Source of the DNA: a bacterium
Lineage (GTDB): Bacteria > Zhuqueibacterota > Zhuqueibacteria > Residuimicrobiales > Krinioviventaceae
Reading direction: 5' to 3'
Length of the DNA: 64,000 nucleotides
Assembly (NCBI GenBank): GCA_963693055.1
Contig: OY843751.1
Coordinates: forward strand, 1,664,001-1,728,000
The notes below the pieces were generated by a model. It made no database searches. It had not been told where the DNA came from and was given only the letters and a program-made list of their open reading frames with translations. Made by a program: the position numbers and the translations under genes. Of the stretch, positions 47,165 through 56,012 are shown one piece after another; position 1 is the stretch's first letter; each line of letters opens with the position of its first letter.

Positions 47165-50100
47165 TTATTTAAGCAGAATACATTTAATGATCCGGTTGTA
47201 TTCCGGTGTTCGCATTCTAATAAAGTACGTACCTGTAGAATGCTGCATTGAATTCCAGGTGACTGTATAGCGTCCCTGGGATTTTTGTTCATCAACAAGC
47301 ATTTCAACCAAACTTCCGTTTATATTGAAAATAGCAATGTTGATATGTTGTGCTCTTGGTACATCAAAAGTGATTTGCGTTTGCGGATTAAATGGATTTG
47401 GATAATTAGAATACAGTTCAAACCTGTCTGGTGCCGCATTTATGTTTGCTATTCCTGTTGGAAACGCGACTTTAATAAAATCGGTTTTGGATAGCTTTGC
47501 CGTACCACCTGGTCCTGATATAGTCAGTGTTACAGTAAATGTATCTGCCGAGGTATATTGGTGTGATGGATTTTGTTCTGAACTGGTTTCGCCATCTCCA
47601 AATTCCCATAACCATGATTCAATATTACCTGACGAACTGTCTGAGAATTGAACTGTCAAGGGCACTGGTCCCTCTGTCACATCCGCTCCAAATTTTGCTA
47701 TGAGTACTGCTTCTGTTACTATTACAGTATCAGATTTGCTGTCAGTACCATCGCTGCTGCTAACTGTCAGTGTTACCTTGAATGTATCAGCGTATTGAAA
47801 AGTATGTGAAGGATTTTGTTCCGTGCTGGATTCTCCATCTCCAAAATCCCAGTTCCAGCTTGTGATATAACCTGTGGATTGGTCCTGAAAGCTTACGACA
47901 AGTGCTGCATCACCCATATCTGTTGACATGTTAAAATCAGCAACGGGGGGGATTCCTGTTGGAATGTCAAGGATGACAATATATTGACTTTCTACACCCT
48001 CTGCTCCAACTGCCATGTTTCCACCAAGTACGAGTTCTCCTGCCGGGACCTCTTTTTGCCAAACATTCATGGGTGTGGAAAAATCACTAACCTGTATTTG
48101 AAAAGCTGATGATGAGTAATTTTCTGTTAACCAGTTTGGTGGTGTTTCTGCACGACGATCGTAAGCTATATAAACTGTTCCGGGATTGTCTAAATCCAGC
48201 GTGATAAAGTCTGTATCGGTATTGTTTTTATCTTTATTATTAGGTACAAGCCATACAAGGTTTTCAAGATCATCTGGAATATCTTTAAGATAATAATTTC
48301 GATCAAGATAATAATTATCACCTTCTTGCAAATATTTCAATTTATATTCCGCAGGTGTATTAATTTCAACCTGTTCAATTTTCTGATCATTGATGATTCT
48401 GTATGGTTTCAAGCTAAAAGAATCGGGTTTTAGAAATCCTGACAGGTTTTCATAGCTGAGCGAATGGCCTGGTGGAGTATTGAATCCAATCCAAAGCGAC
48501 AATTCACCCGGTACCAGTGTTTGGGGATCATCATTGAGAATGATAAACATTTCCCGAGTGTTCGCAAAATCTGAAATATCTTCCCAATTTTCAGTATCAA
48601 CATTATGCTGATTATTTATAGCATCTCCGATTGCAGCCTGCGGATTATTTTCACCACTTCCCAAACCAATTGCCTGAACGGGTGCCTGTTCCAAATTCAG
48701 CTGCATTTTTACTGCAGTTACAATGTCAGAGTCACTTTTTAGATACATGTTGAAAATATAAGGTGCAATCAGAATATCTGAAAAATCTTCTGCTCCATCG
48801 AGAACCAGCATACAATCCCGTTCAGTTTTTGTTATTGGAAGATATCCGAAATCGACAGTTTCTGAAAGAATTTCAGTTTGAATGTTGTATCCATCAATTG
48901 TAAAGTGGGCGGGAGGGGCAGAAAATTCATCAAATAAATCATATAGTAATGTATTACCGATAGAATTTGAAAAACCCATCCATAAATAGACAGTTGATGC
49001 ATGATGAGTAAATAAACCAATATCCAGTTCCATGTACAAATCTGCAGTTCCAGCATGAGCTGTCAAGTCTTCCCATGATTCTGAAATGGTATGCGCACTG
49101 GCCTGATCAATACCAATCATAGCATTCGGAGATTCTTCATTCATATACGCATAACCAATGGCAGCATCCGGAATACTTTCAAGATGGGAAATGATTTTTG
49201 TGAAATTTTGGCTTTCACCAGAATGACTACTTAGAACAAAACGATAGACATACGGTTGGTCAAACAAAGCATTAAAAGCAGATGCACCATCAGCATCAAG
49301 CAGACCATCCAGCTGTTCTTTTGTAACATTATCATAATTGATTGCAATTTCGTTTTCTTCGGGGGACGCGATCTGATAACCCTGGACAGTAATTTCAGCT
49401 TCACCCAAGAGAAGCTCTTTATAATTAAATTCAGCACCTAAAGAAGTATTAAAACCTACCCATAATTGTAATGTGACAGGAGTATGCAGTATATAATCTT
49501 CAATCAGGTTTGTTTTAATCACCGTTGCGTTGCAAAAATTAGTTATATCTACCCAGATATTGTTTTCTTGGAAAACATACCTGTCTGTCTCCAGATTAGT
49601 ACCTATGATGGCATTTTCATATTCTTCAGTTTTGTTGATTTGACCAATTATGGCTGGTGTAATTTGGTCGAAAAGCAAGTAGGTTACTGTACCGGAACCT
49701 GTTGTAATTGGACCATGCATTGTGATGTGATACACAAAATCCTGATTGAAGAGGGCGTTAAAATCTCCTGCGTTCTGGTTCTGCAGTATTTGCTCCAAAT
49801 CTTTACGAGTTATGATATCATAATCAACGGAAATAGATTTTTCTATAGCCGGTACTATTTCGTATCCTTGTATTTCTATTGTTTGCTCTCCTGCCGCCAG
49901 CACCTGGTAGTCCAGTTGTGCTCCCAAGGTTGAGTTGAAGCCGATCCATATATCCAGTTTTGATGATGTGTGTACGACCCAGTCTTCAAACAAGTATGCA
50001 TAGATGTCCTTTGCATTGCAATATGTTGTTACATTCACCCAGGTATCTTGAAGTTGGAATATGTACGAATCATCATAGGGTATAGTGCCAATGAGTGCAT

Positions 50101-50875
50101 ATTCATTACCCGAGGTTTGTTCTACACGCGCAATAACAGCATCGGGAATTTGGTCAAAAAGAAATTTGATTTGACTTGTTTCCTCGGTTTGAAAAGGACC
50201 GTCTAATGTAATGTGATATACATATTGCTGATCAAATAATTGATTGTACAAAAAGGCGTCTTGATCTTGCAGCAGCATAGTTAAATTTGAACGTACGATG
50301 GTATCATAAGTGATTGGAAGTGACTGATCATGTGCATCTATGATTTCATATCCCTGAACATTTACTGCAGCAATATCGTCAGTAAATATGGAATATTTGA
50401 GTGAATCTCCCAGTGATGCTGAAAACCCTATCCATAATACCATTTCTGTAGAGATATGGGTTTGCCAGTCTTCATTCAAGGTTGCATATACATTGTTTTC
50501 AGCACAGTATTGTGTAAGATCGATCCAGACGTTTTTTTCTGTGAATTGATAGAAATGTATGTCGCTGTCGCCTATTGTGGTAAAGGCTTGTGATGATTCA
50601 TCATCAATATTATTTCCAATAACCGCTTGCGGAGCCATTCCCAGTTTGAAAAGGATATCAGAAGATTCATAAGATTCCTTTGGGCCGGTGAGTGAAATAC
50701 GGTAGATAAAGTTTGAGTTTTGGAATAGACCAATATGCTGAACTGCGTTTTCATTATTGAACAGAATACCCATTTCCCCATATAGTTTTTGTTCATACGA
50801 TATGGGATCCGTGCAAGGATAAAGGGAGGATGTTAAAATACAACAAAGGCCAAAAAACACTATTATGATTTTCAT
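47165..50875 (-). CDS. Large secreted protein: five ~162-aa repeats, an accessory beta domain, 2 PKD domains and a C-terminal sorting domain
   Basis: Signal peptide; five W[IVM]GF repeats; WNWDFGDG/WLWEFGDG...QNPSH PKDs; YSNYPNPFNP...STGTYF C-terminal domain. Confidence 0.85.
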   Translation of the reverse strand: MKIIIVFFGLCCILTSSLYPCTDPISYEQKLYGEMGILFNNENAVQHIGLFQNSNFIYRISLTGPKESYESSDILFKLGMAPQAVIGNNIDDESSQAFTTIGDSDIHFYQFTEKNVWIDLTQYCAENNVYATLNEDWQTHISTEMVLWIGFSASLGDSLKYSIFTDDIAAVNVQGYEIIDAHDQSLPITYDTIVRSNLTMLLQDQDAFLYNQLFDQQYVYHITLDGPFQTEETSQIKFLFDQIPDAVIARVEQTSGNEYALIGTIPYDDSYIFQLQDTWVNVTTYCNAKDIYAYLFEDWVVHTSSKLDIWIGFNSTLGAQLDYQVLAAGEQTIEIQGYEIVPAIEKSISVDYDIITRKDLEQILQNQNAGDFNALFNQDFVYHITMHGPITTGSGTVTYLLFDQITPAIIGQINKTEEYENAIIGTNLETDRYVFQENNIWVDITNFCNATVIKTNLIEDYILHTPVTLQLWVGFNTSLGAEFNYKELLLGEAEITVQGYQIASPEENEIAINYDNVTKEQLDGLLDADGASAFNALFDQPYVYRFVLSSHSGESQNFTKIISHLESIPDAAIGYAYMNEESPNAMIGIDQASAHTISESWEDLTAHAGTADLYMELDIGLFTHHASTVYLWMGFSNSIGNTLLYDLFDEFSAPPAHFTIDGYNIQTEILSETVDFGYLPITKTERDCMLVLDGAEDFSDILIAPYIFNMYLKSDSDIVTAVKMQLNLEQAPVQAIGLGSGENNPQAAIGDAINNQHNVDTENWEDISDFANTREMFIILNDDPQTLVPGELSLWIGFNTPPGHSLSYENLSGFLKPDSFSLKPYRIINDQKIEQVEINTPAEYKLKYLQEGDNYYLDRNYYLKDIPDDLENLVWLVPNNKDKNNTDTDFITLDLDNPGTVYIAYDRRAETPPNWLTENYSSSAFQIQVSDFSTPMNVWQKEVPAGELVLGGNMAVGAEGVESQYIVILDIPTGIPPVADFNMSTDMGDAALVVSFQDQSTGYITSWNWDFGDGESSTEQNPSHTFQYADTFKVTLTVSSSDGTDSKSDTVIVTEAVLIAKFGADVTEGPVPLTVQFSDSSSGNIESWLWEFGDGETSSEQNPSHQYTSADTFTVTLTISGPGGTAKLSKTDFIKVAFPTGIANINAAPDRFELYSNYPNPFNPQTQITFDVPRAQHINIAIFNINGSLVEMLVDEQKSQGRYTVTWNSMQHSTGTYFIRMRTPEYNRIIKCILLK
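48390..50805 (-). repeat. Five tandem diverged protein repeats, about 486 nt each
   Basis: Conserved Trp codons at 50434, 49948, 49462, 48982, 48493 (spacing 486, 486, 480, 489 nt). Confidence 0.85.
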
Positions 50876-51103
50876 GGTTTCCCCTCTATATATAGTTTTT
50901 GTTTTGTCAGGATTGTTGATTTATTTTAATACTTTTAGTAAATCCTGCTCTATAGTTATATAGATACAATTGTTTTTTATACTGATCAACAGATATGAAA
51001 ATATAAAATTACAGATCAAAATTGTAAAATTTAATATTGCTAATTTTATAAAGTATTTATTTGTGTTCAAAAATATTGTTTTATTCGAAAGAAGAGATGG
51101 CTA

Positions 51104-51652
51104 CTAATCACCCAATAAACTGATTTCTTTATCATTTTCTAGAACAATTTGCAATTTTTGGTAATTCCATTCCCCGTTATCTTTGTCCGCGGTAATATAT
51201 ACAATGCCAGAGGTGTTGCTGCCGTTGATTTTAAAATAGATTTCCGCGTGGCCGTTACTAATTGAGCCGTTCCACATTTTGCATTCAATCGGGTGACCCA
51301 GCCCCTGAATGACCTGTTGGTTCTGAGAAATCCGTTCAACTGCCTGTTGATATACCGCAGCTTTGGACAAGCCATAGCGAATACCAAAGAATAAGGAGGG
51401 GGGGAATAGTGCAAGAAACAATAATAATATGATTATTATTTTAACAATTTTTTGTTCAAATTGTGAATCAATGGGATCATGTTCTAATTCCAATGCATGG
51501 AATCCGGTTTGCCCACATTGTTGACAACGACGTAATATTAATTTTTTACCATACGCTCTAATTCGTATGATACCAGCTTTGGCTGCATCTTGTGTGTAAC
51601 CACATTTCCGGCAGCGAAGCTGCCAGCCTGGAGCATAGCCCTTTATACTCAT
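51104..51652 (-). CDS. Zn-ribbon-TM-Coa1-like protein
   Basis: CRKC...CQQC; one TM; YQQAVERISQNQQVIQGLGHPI...GHAEIYFKINGSNTSGIVYITADKDNGEW. Confidence 0.6.
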   Translation of the reverse strand: MSIKGYAPGWQLRCRKCGYTQDAAKAGIIRIRAYGKKLILRRCQQCGQTGFHALELEHDPIDSQFEQKIVKIIIILLLFLALFPPSLFFGIRYGLSKAAVYQQAVERISQNQQVIQGLGHPIECKMWNGSISNGHAEIYFKINGSNTSGIVYITADKDNGEWNYQKLQIVLENDKEISLLGD

Positions 51653-51768
51653 TTTATATAAAACCTTGTTCTATAAATATGAATTTCTACTAAATATAAT
51701 TGTTGTACTATTGAAACAATTTATTTATTTTTGAATATTTCAATAATTCAAAATTATCGGGGTGTTCA

Positions 51769-52812
51769 ATGCGGGGAATTTCTTTCTTTAGAGTTGGTTT
51801 GTTTTTCAGTATGTTTTTTTTATTTAGCAGTTCATGTTTTAACAAACAGGACAATGATATAACAAAACCCAATGTACCGGAATATGTTTTATCCGGATCA
51901 ACTTTGGATTATGTGACGGGTGAGCCTGTGCCTAATACACAATTACGTATTCAAAGTGTTGCAATGTTGTATGATATCAGCTTTCCCACTCGAACGATCA
52001 CCTCTGACAGTATGGGTAACTATACCATTGATCCTGTGTATCCTGGTAGCTATGCTATACAAATTGTAAAAGATGATTGTTTGTTAAAGCCAATACCTAT
52101 TCAAATTGAACATGAAAATAGAGAGTTGTCACTAGATGTTCCCCAAATTCTCTATGGAAACCAGTTTCCACATTCAATTAGTTATGATTGGAATGGTACC
52201 TTTCAAATGATTGATAGTTCACACCCCTATTTTGCAATGATAGGTTCGAAAGGACTTTTATTAACCAGATTTTATAACAATGGGACCTTTATAGGATTTT
52301 ATTTTGTTACCACAGATCACAAATTAACCGGATGGCATTATGATACTTTGACTGAAATTGATTTTGATCCATCTGATATTTGGCAATTAGAAGTTGGCAG
52401 GGACCATTATTATGCGATCAAGTATCCGGATTCATTGATGATTTTTGATAGATGGGCTTCCCAATTACAACAAACTATTGCTACAGGTATCGTAATGCAG
52501 GATATTGCATATAATCCCTATGATAAAGCTTTATATGCATGTACCGATTCACTATTGTATCGTTTGGAAAATAATACATATAATGCAACCCTCATTGCTG
52601 AACTCCCTCAAGCCGGAATGTCTGCAATGACCTGGAATGATGATAAACTTTATTTATTGCGCAAATATGAGGACCTGGTTTATCAATTAAACAAACAAAT
52701 TCAAATAGAAAAAATATATGCAGTTGCAAATTTTTCTGATAATGCAGTTTGGAACAATATCTATGATATTTATTTCGACAGTTCTGACAGATTCTGGGGA
52801 ACAGTAAGATAA
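51769..52812 (+). CDS. Lipoprotein (carboxypeptidase-regulatory-like + beta-propeller-like), paralog A
   Basis: Lipobox SSSC; LSGSTLDYVTGEPVPN...SDSMGNY...PGSY. Confidence 0.75.
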   Translation: MRGISFFRVGLFFSMFFLFSSSCFNKQDNDITKPNVPEYVLSGSTLDYVTGEPVPNTQLRIQSVAMLYDISFPTRTITSDSMGNYTIDPVYPGSYAIQIVKDDCLLKPIPIQIEHENRELSLDVPQILYGNQFPHSISYDWNGTFQMIDSSHPYFAMIGSKGLLLTRFYNNGTFIGFYFVTTDHKLTGWHYDTLTEIDFDPSDIWQLEVGRDHYYAIKYPDSLMIFDRWASQLQQTIATGIVMQDIAYNPYDKALYACTDSLLYRLENNTYNATLIAELPQAGMSAMTWNDDKLYLLRKYEDLVYQLNKQIQIEKIYAVANFSDNAVWNNIYDIYFDSSDRFWGTVR

Positions 52813-53093
52813 TATTATTATTTAGGGAAGGATTTTTCGGATTGGTTTAGGATGTGGTCATGATGTAGATTTTGTACTTGTGCACATTTGATATTGTAAA
52901 TATTCCTAATAACGTGGAGTTTGAAATGCAACGCATTCATTATTTTACAACAGGTTTGTTTTTCAGTATATTTTTTTTGTTTAACAGTTCATGCTTTAAC
53001 AAACAGGATAATGATATAACAAAACCCAATGTACCGGAATATGTTTTATCCGGATCGACTTTGGATTATGTGACGGGTGAGCCTGTGCCTAAT
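51796..53093 (+). repeat. Direct repeat of 141 nt (51796-51936 and 52953-53093)
   Basis: Codon-by-codon comparison shows 6 mismatches in 141 nt. Confidence 0.9.
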
Positions 53094-53969
53094 GTTGGTG
53101 TAAATATTAAAGCTGTAATGTTAAATTATACAGTTGATTTTCCTGAACAAACAGTTCAATCTGATAGTTTAGGAAGATATGTTATTGACCCGGTTTATCC
53201 GGGTGGGTATACAATCAGCATAGTTAAAGATAATTACAAGCTACACGAAAAGTCAATTCAAATTGGGCACGATAATAGAGATCTGCTTTTAAATATACCG
53301 GATATTTATTTTGGTCAAAAATTTCCTATAAATATGGAGCTTGATTTTAATACCAGTTTTATCCACTCAAACTCTGTTCACCCTTGTTTTGCAATTTATA
53401 ATTTAGCTGGTTTATTTCCCTCTGAAAAATGGAGCGGGTTGGATTTTTTAGGTTATCATTTTTGTAAAAGTGGATATTTTGATTATACCTGGAAATGGCA
53501 ATCTCATATAAAATTAGATTTTGATCCAACAGTGATTTGGCAGATGGAAATTGATCGAAATTTTTATATTGCTATGAAATATCCTGATTCACTAATGATT
53601 TTTGACAAATGGACATCATCATTGTTGAATACTATTTCTACAGGGACCATTTTGAAGGACATTGCTTACAATCAGTATGATAATACTTTATATGCTTGTT
53701 CAGATTCAATGCTGTATTCGGTTGACATTGCTGGCAAAAGTGTGACTGAATTAGCAAATTTACCTATAACAGGTATACATTCTATGAGCTGGAATAATAA
53801 TTTATTGTATTTATATAACAAGACAGAGAATTTGCTTTATAAAGTCAATTTACAACTAGAAATCGATAAAATTTATGCTGTGATCAATCAGTCAACCGAT
53901 TTGTTACTTTTGGATATTTATGATATGCATTTCGACAGCATGGACAGGCTTTGGTGTACAACCCTTTAA
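52926..53969 (+). CDS. Lipoprotein, paralog B of the upstream gene
   Basis: Same N-terminus CFNKQDNDITKPNVPEYVLSGSTLDYVTGEPVPN; SD GGAG before ATG 52926. Confidence 0.75.
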   Translation: MQRIHYFTTGLFFSIFFLFNSSCFNKQDNDITKPNVPEYVLSGSTLDYVTGEPVPNVGVNIKAVMLNYTVDFPEQTVQSDSLGRYVIDPVYPGGYTISIVKDNYKLHEKSIQIGHDNRDLLLNIPDIYFGQKFPINMELDFNTSFIHSNSVHPCFAIYNLAGLFPSEKWSGLDFLGYHFCKSGYFDYTWKWQSHIKLDFDPTVIWQMEIDRNFYIAMKYPDSLMIFDKWTSSLLNTISTGTILKDIAYNQYDNTLYACSDSMLYSVDIAGKSVTELANLPITGIHSMSWNNNLLYLYNKTENLLYKVNLQLEIDKIYAVINQSTDLLLLDIYDMHFDSMDRLWCTTL

Positions 53970-53992
53970 TCATTAGTCAAGAGATAAATCGA

Positions 53993-54838
53993 TTATTTTT
54001 TGATCATACTATAGAGTTTTTTAATCTCGTCTGCCCAGATTTCGGGTTTGGGGGTTTCGAGTATCATGGGCATATCTTCAAAGCGCGGATCATTCATGAT
54101 AAACGAGAACGGGTCCCATCCCAATGTGCCTTCGCCCAGGGGAGCGTGACGGTCCACTCGGCTGCCAAGATCGGGTTTGGAATCGTTAAAGTGCCAGCCC
54201 TTGAGATATTTTATACCCACGATTGAGTCAAAGTCGGACATGGTTTTGTCGTATGTTTCTTTTGTGCGAAAATCGTAACCCGCAGTAAATGCATGACATG
54301 TGTCTATACATACGCCAACCCGGGATTTATTTTCAACGTTGTCAATAATGTATGCCAAATGCTCAAAGCGGTGACCCACATGGTTTCCTTGTCCCGCGGT
54401 ATTTTCAATCACGGCAATCACATTCTCTGTCTTATCAATCGCCATGTTGATAGATTCGGCAATATTATCCATAGCTTGTTCGTCGGTGATTTTTCCGAGA
54501 CCGCTGCCGGGATGAAAATTGAGCAGGGTGAGCCCCAATTGTTCGCAACGCTGCATTTCATCAAAAAATGCGTTACGGGATTTTTCAAGCGCTTCCGGAT
54601 CGGGAGTGCCGAGGTTTATGAGGTAACTGTCGTGCGGCAGTATAAATTCAAGATCATAGCCGGTTTCCTCACAATTGGCCTTGAATTTTTCTATATTTTC
54701 ATCGGTCAGAGGTTTGGCGTTCCACTGACGTTGATTTTTGGTAAACAGGGCAAATGCTTTTGCATCTATTTTCTGCGCGTTAAGGGGGGCGTTTTCAACA
54801 CCGCCGGCTGCGCTTACATGTGCTCCCACTCGTTTCAT
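53993..54838 (-). CDS. nfo: Endonuclease IV
   Basis: [57 protein letters not shown]. Confidence 0.96.
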   Translation of the reverse strand: MKRVGAHVSAAGGVENAPLNAQKIDAKAFALFTKNQRQWNAKPLTDENIEKFKANCEETGYDLEFILPHDSYLINLGTPDPEALEKSRNAFFDEMQRCEQLGLTLLNFHPGSGLGKITDEQAMDNIAESINMAIDKTENVIAVIENTAGQGNHVGHRFEHLAYIIDNVENKSRVGVCIDTCHAFTAGYDFRTKETYDKTMSDFDSIVGIKYLKGWHFNDSKPDLGSRVDRHAPLGEGTLGWDPFSFIMNDPRFEDMPMILETPKPEIWADEIKKLYSMIKK

Positions 54839-54878
54839 TGTGTATCCTTTCGTATATCCATAGGGATTTTCAAAACAA

Positions 54879-55319
54879 TCATCTTTTCCATCTTCCAACA
54901 ATGCCGTACGCATATAATATTCCGATTATCAGTGCCACAAGGGAAAATACAATATCACGAATGGGCACAGATGCCGGATTTTGAAAATGCCAGATGGTCT
55001 GATGCAGTACGGCTAATCCGCGCAGAACAAAAATAGCGGCAATGGTGATGAGTCCTGTGCGAAGCAGAGGGAGCTTGTGGATTAATTTAGCACCGGACAA
55101 AGCATAGAGACCCATTATTGTGAATATCAGCGTTACAAAAAGAGTAACCCAAACCGGGTACAGCGAACCAGCCGCGGCCATGTTGGCCATTTTTTTCCCC
55201 GCACCAAAATAGATGTACCATGCCGGACCGCCAATGATAATGGCAATGTGCAGCGCGGCAATGGCGAACAGGCATATCGCCGCTATTTTGAGCGCTACAG
55301 CTTGTTTTTGTGAAGTCAT
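54879..55319 (-). CDS. Four-TM membrane protein (DUF3995-like)
   Basis: [19 protein letters not shown]...YALSGA...LPL...LRG. Confidence 0.65.
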   Translation of the reverse strand: MTSQKQAVALKIAAICLFAIAALHIAIIIGGPAWYIYFGAGKKMANMAAAGSLYPVWVTLFVTLIFTIMGLYALSGAKLIHKLPLLRTGLITIAAIFVLRGLAVLHQTIWHFQNPASVPIRDIVFSLVALIIGILYAYGIVGRWKR

Positions 55320-55394
55320 GTTACCCCTCGTTTTATAAAATTTGGAGTAATGTGGGGATATTTTGCTAATTATGCAACAGGATTGTTTGGGGAG

Positions 55395-55556
55395 AGTAGT
55401 ATCAAATTGGCAAGCGGAACAAGTTATAAAATATATACAGGTGGAAGTTCATCCGGTACGCTGCTATATGATTTATATATCAATGTCACCTATTCCGGAA
55501 GTACGTTAAAGAAAATATTTACGCTGACAAGTAAAAGCCAGAACGTATCTTTTTAG
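55395..55556 (+). pseudogene. Orphan 3' remnant resembling the C-terminus of Cthe_2159/DUF4353 carbohydrate-binding proteins
   Basis: SS.KLASGTSYKIYTGGSSSGT...LY...TYSGST..K.FTLTS, with no matching N-terminus. Confidence 0.45.
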
Positions 55557-55594
55557 AACGGAAAGTAACAAGAGTTTACAAACAGGTTGTATTG

Positions 55595-55622
55595 TGCTCC
55601 CCGATCATCGGTTTGGGGAGCA
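55595..55622. terminator. Hairpin/terminator
   Basis: TGCTCCCCGA...TTGGGGAGCA followed by ATAAAA. Confidence 0.6.
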
Positions 55623-55644
55623 ATAAAATCAGGTTTATGTGAAA

Positions 55645-56010
55645 TTACATAACTGAATTGATTGCGGATTCCAATCTATTCAAATTGATTGGTTTCATAA
55701 AAAAAGCCAGGGGATTTATACTTGTTGCCCGACTTTTTAGTTCTTCGTTTCCATAACCTGTCATAAATATTATAGCCGGATGGTAAAAAGAAAGGATTTT
55801 TTCCGCTGCTTCAATTCCATCCATTTTCCCAGCCAGTTGAATATCCATGATTATGATATCCGGTTTTATATTCTGTGCGCTCTGCACAACATCTTCCCCC
55901 GTGCAGATTTTATTATAAACTTTATATCCTCTATCAATTAAATTTTGTTCTAAATTCAAAGCAATTAAAATTTCATCTTCTGCAATCATAATTGTCGTTT
56001 TGTGTTTCAT
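55645..56010 (-). CDS. Single-domain response regulator
   Basis: AEDE, DIIIMDIQL..KMDG, FMTG, KP; no output domain. Confidence 0.9.
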   Translation of the reverse strand: MKHKTTIMIAEDEILIALNLEQNLIDRGYKVYNKICTGEDVVQSAQNIKPDIIIMDIQLAGKMDGIEAAEKILSFYHPAIIFMTGYGNEELKSRATSINPLAFFMKPINLNRLESAINSVM

Positions 56011-56012
56011 TA

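Noticed and set aside
51796-53093. Diversity-generating retroelement TR/VR pair
   Set aside because: No reverse transcriptase in the window, mismatches are not adenine-specific, both copies are coding, and the repeat is at the 5' end
54293-55036. 247-aa plus-strand ORF
   Set aside because: Antisense shadow of nfo and its neighbour in a GC-richer region; no motifs. The same applies to most other short overlapping ORFs in the track.
55373-55400. Additional TGCAAC as a third ECF promoter
   Set aside because: The sequence after the 16-nt spacer is AGTAGT, not nGTCT
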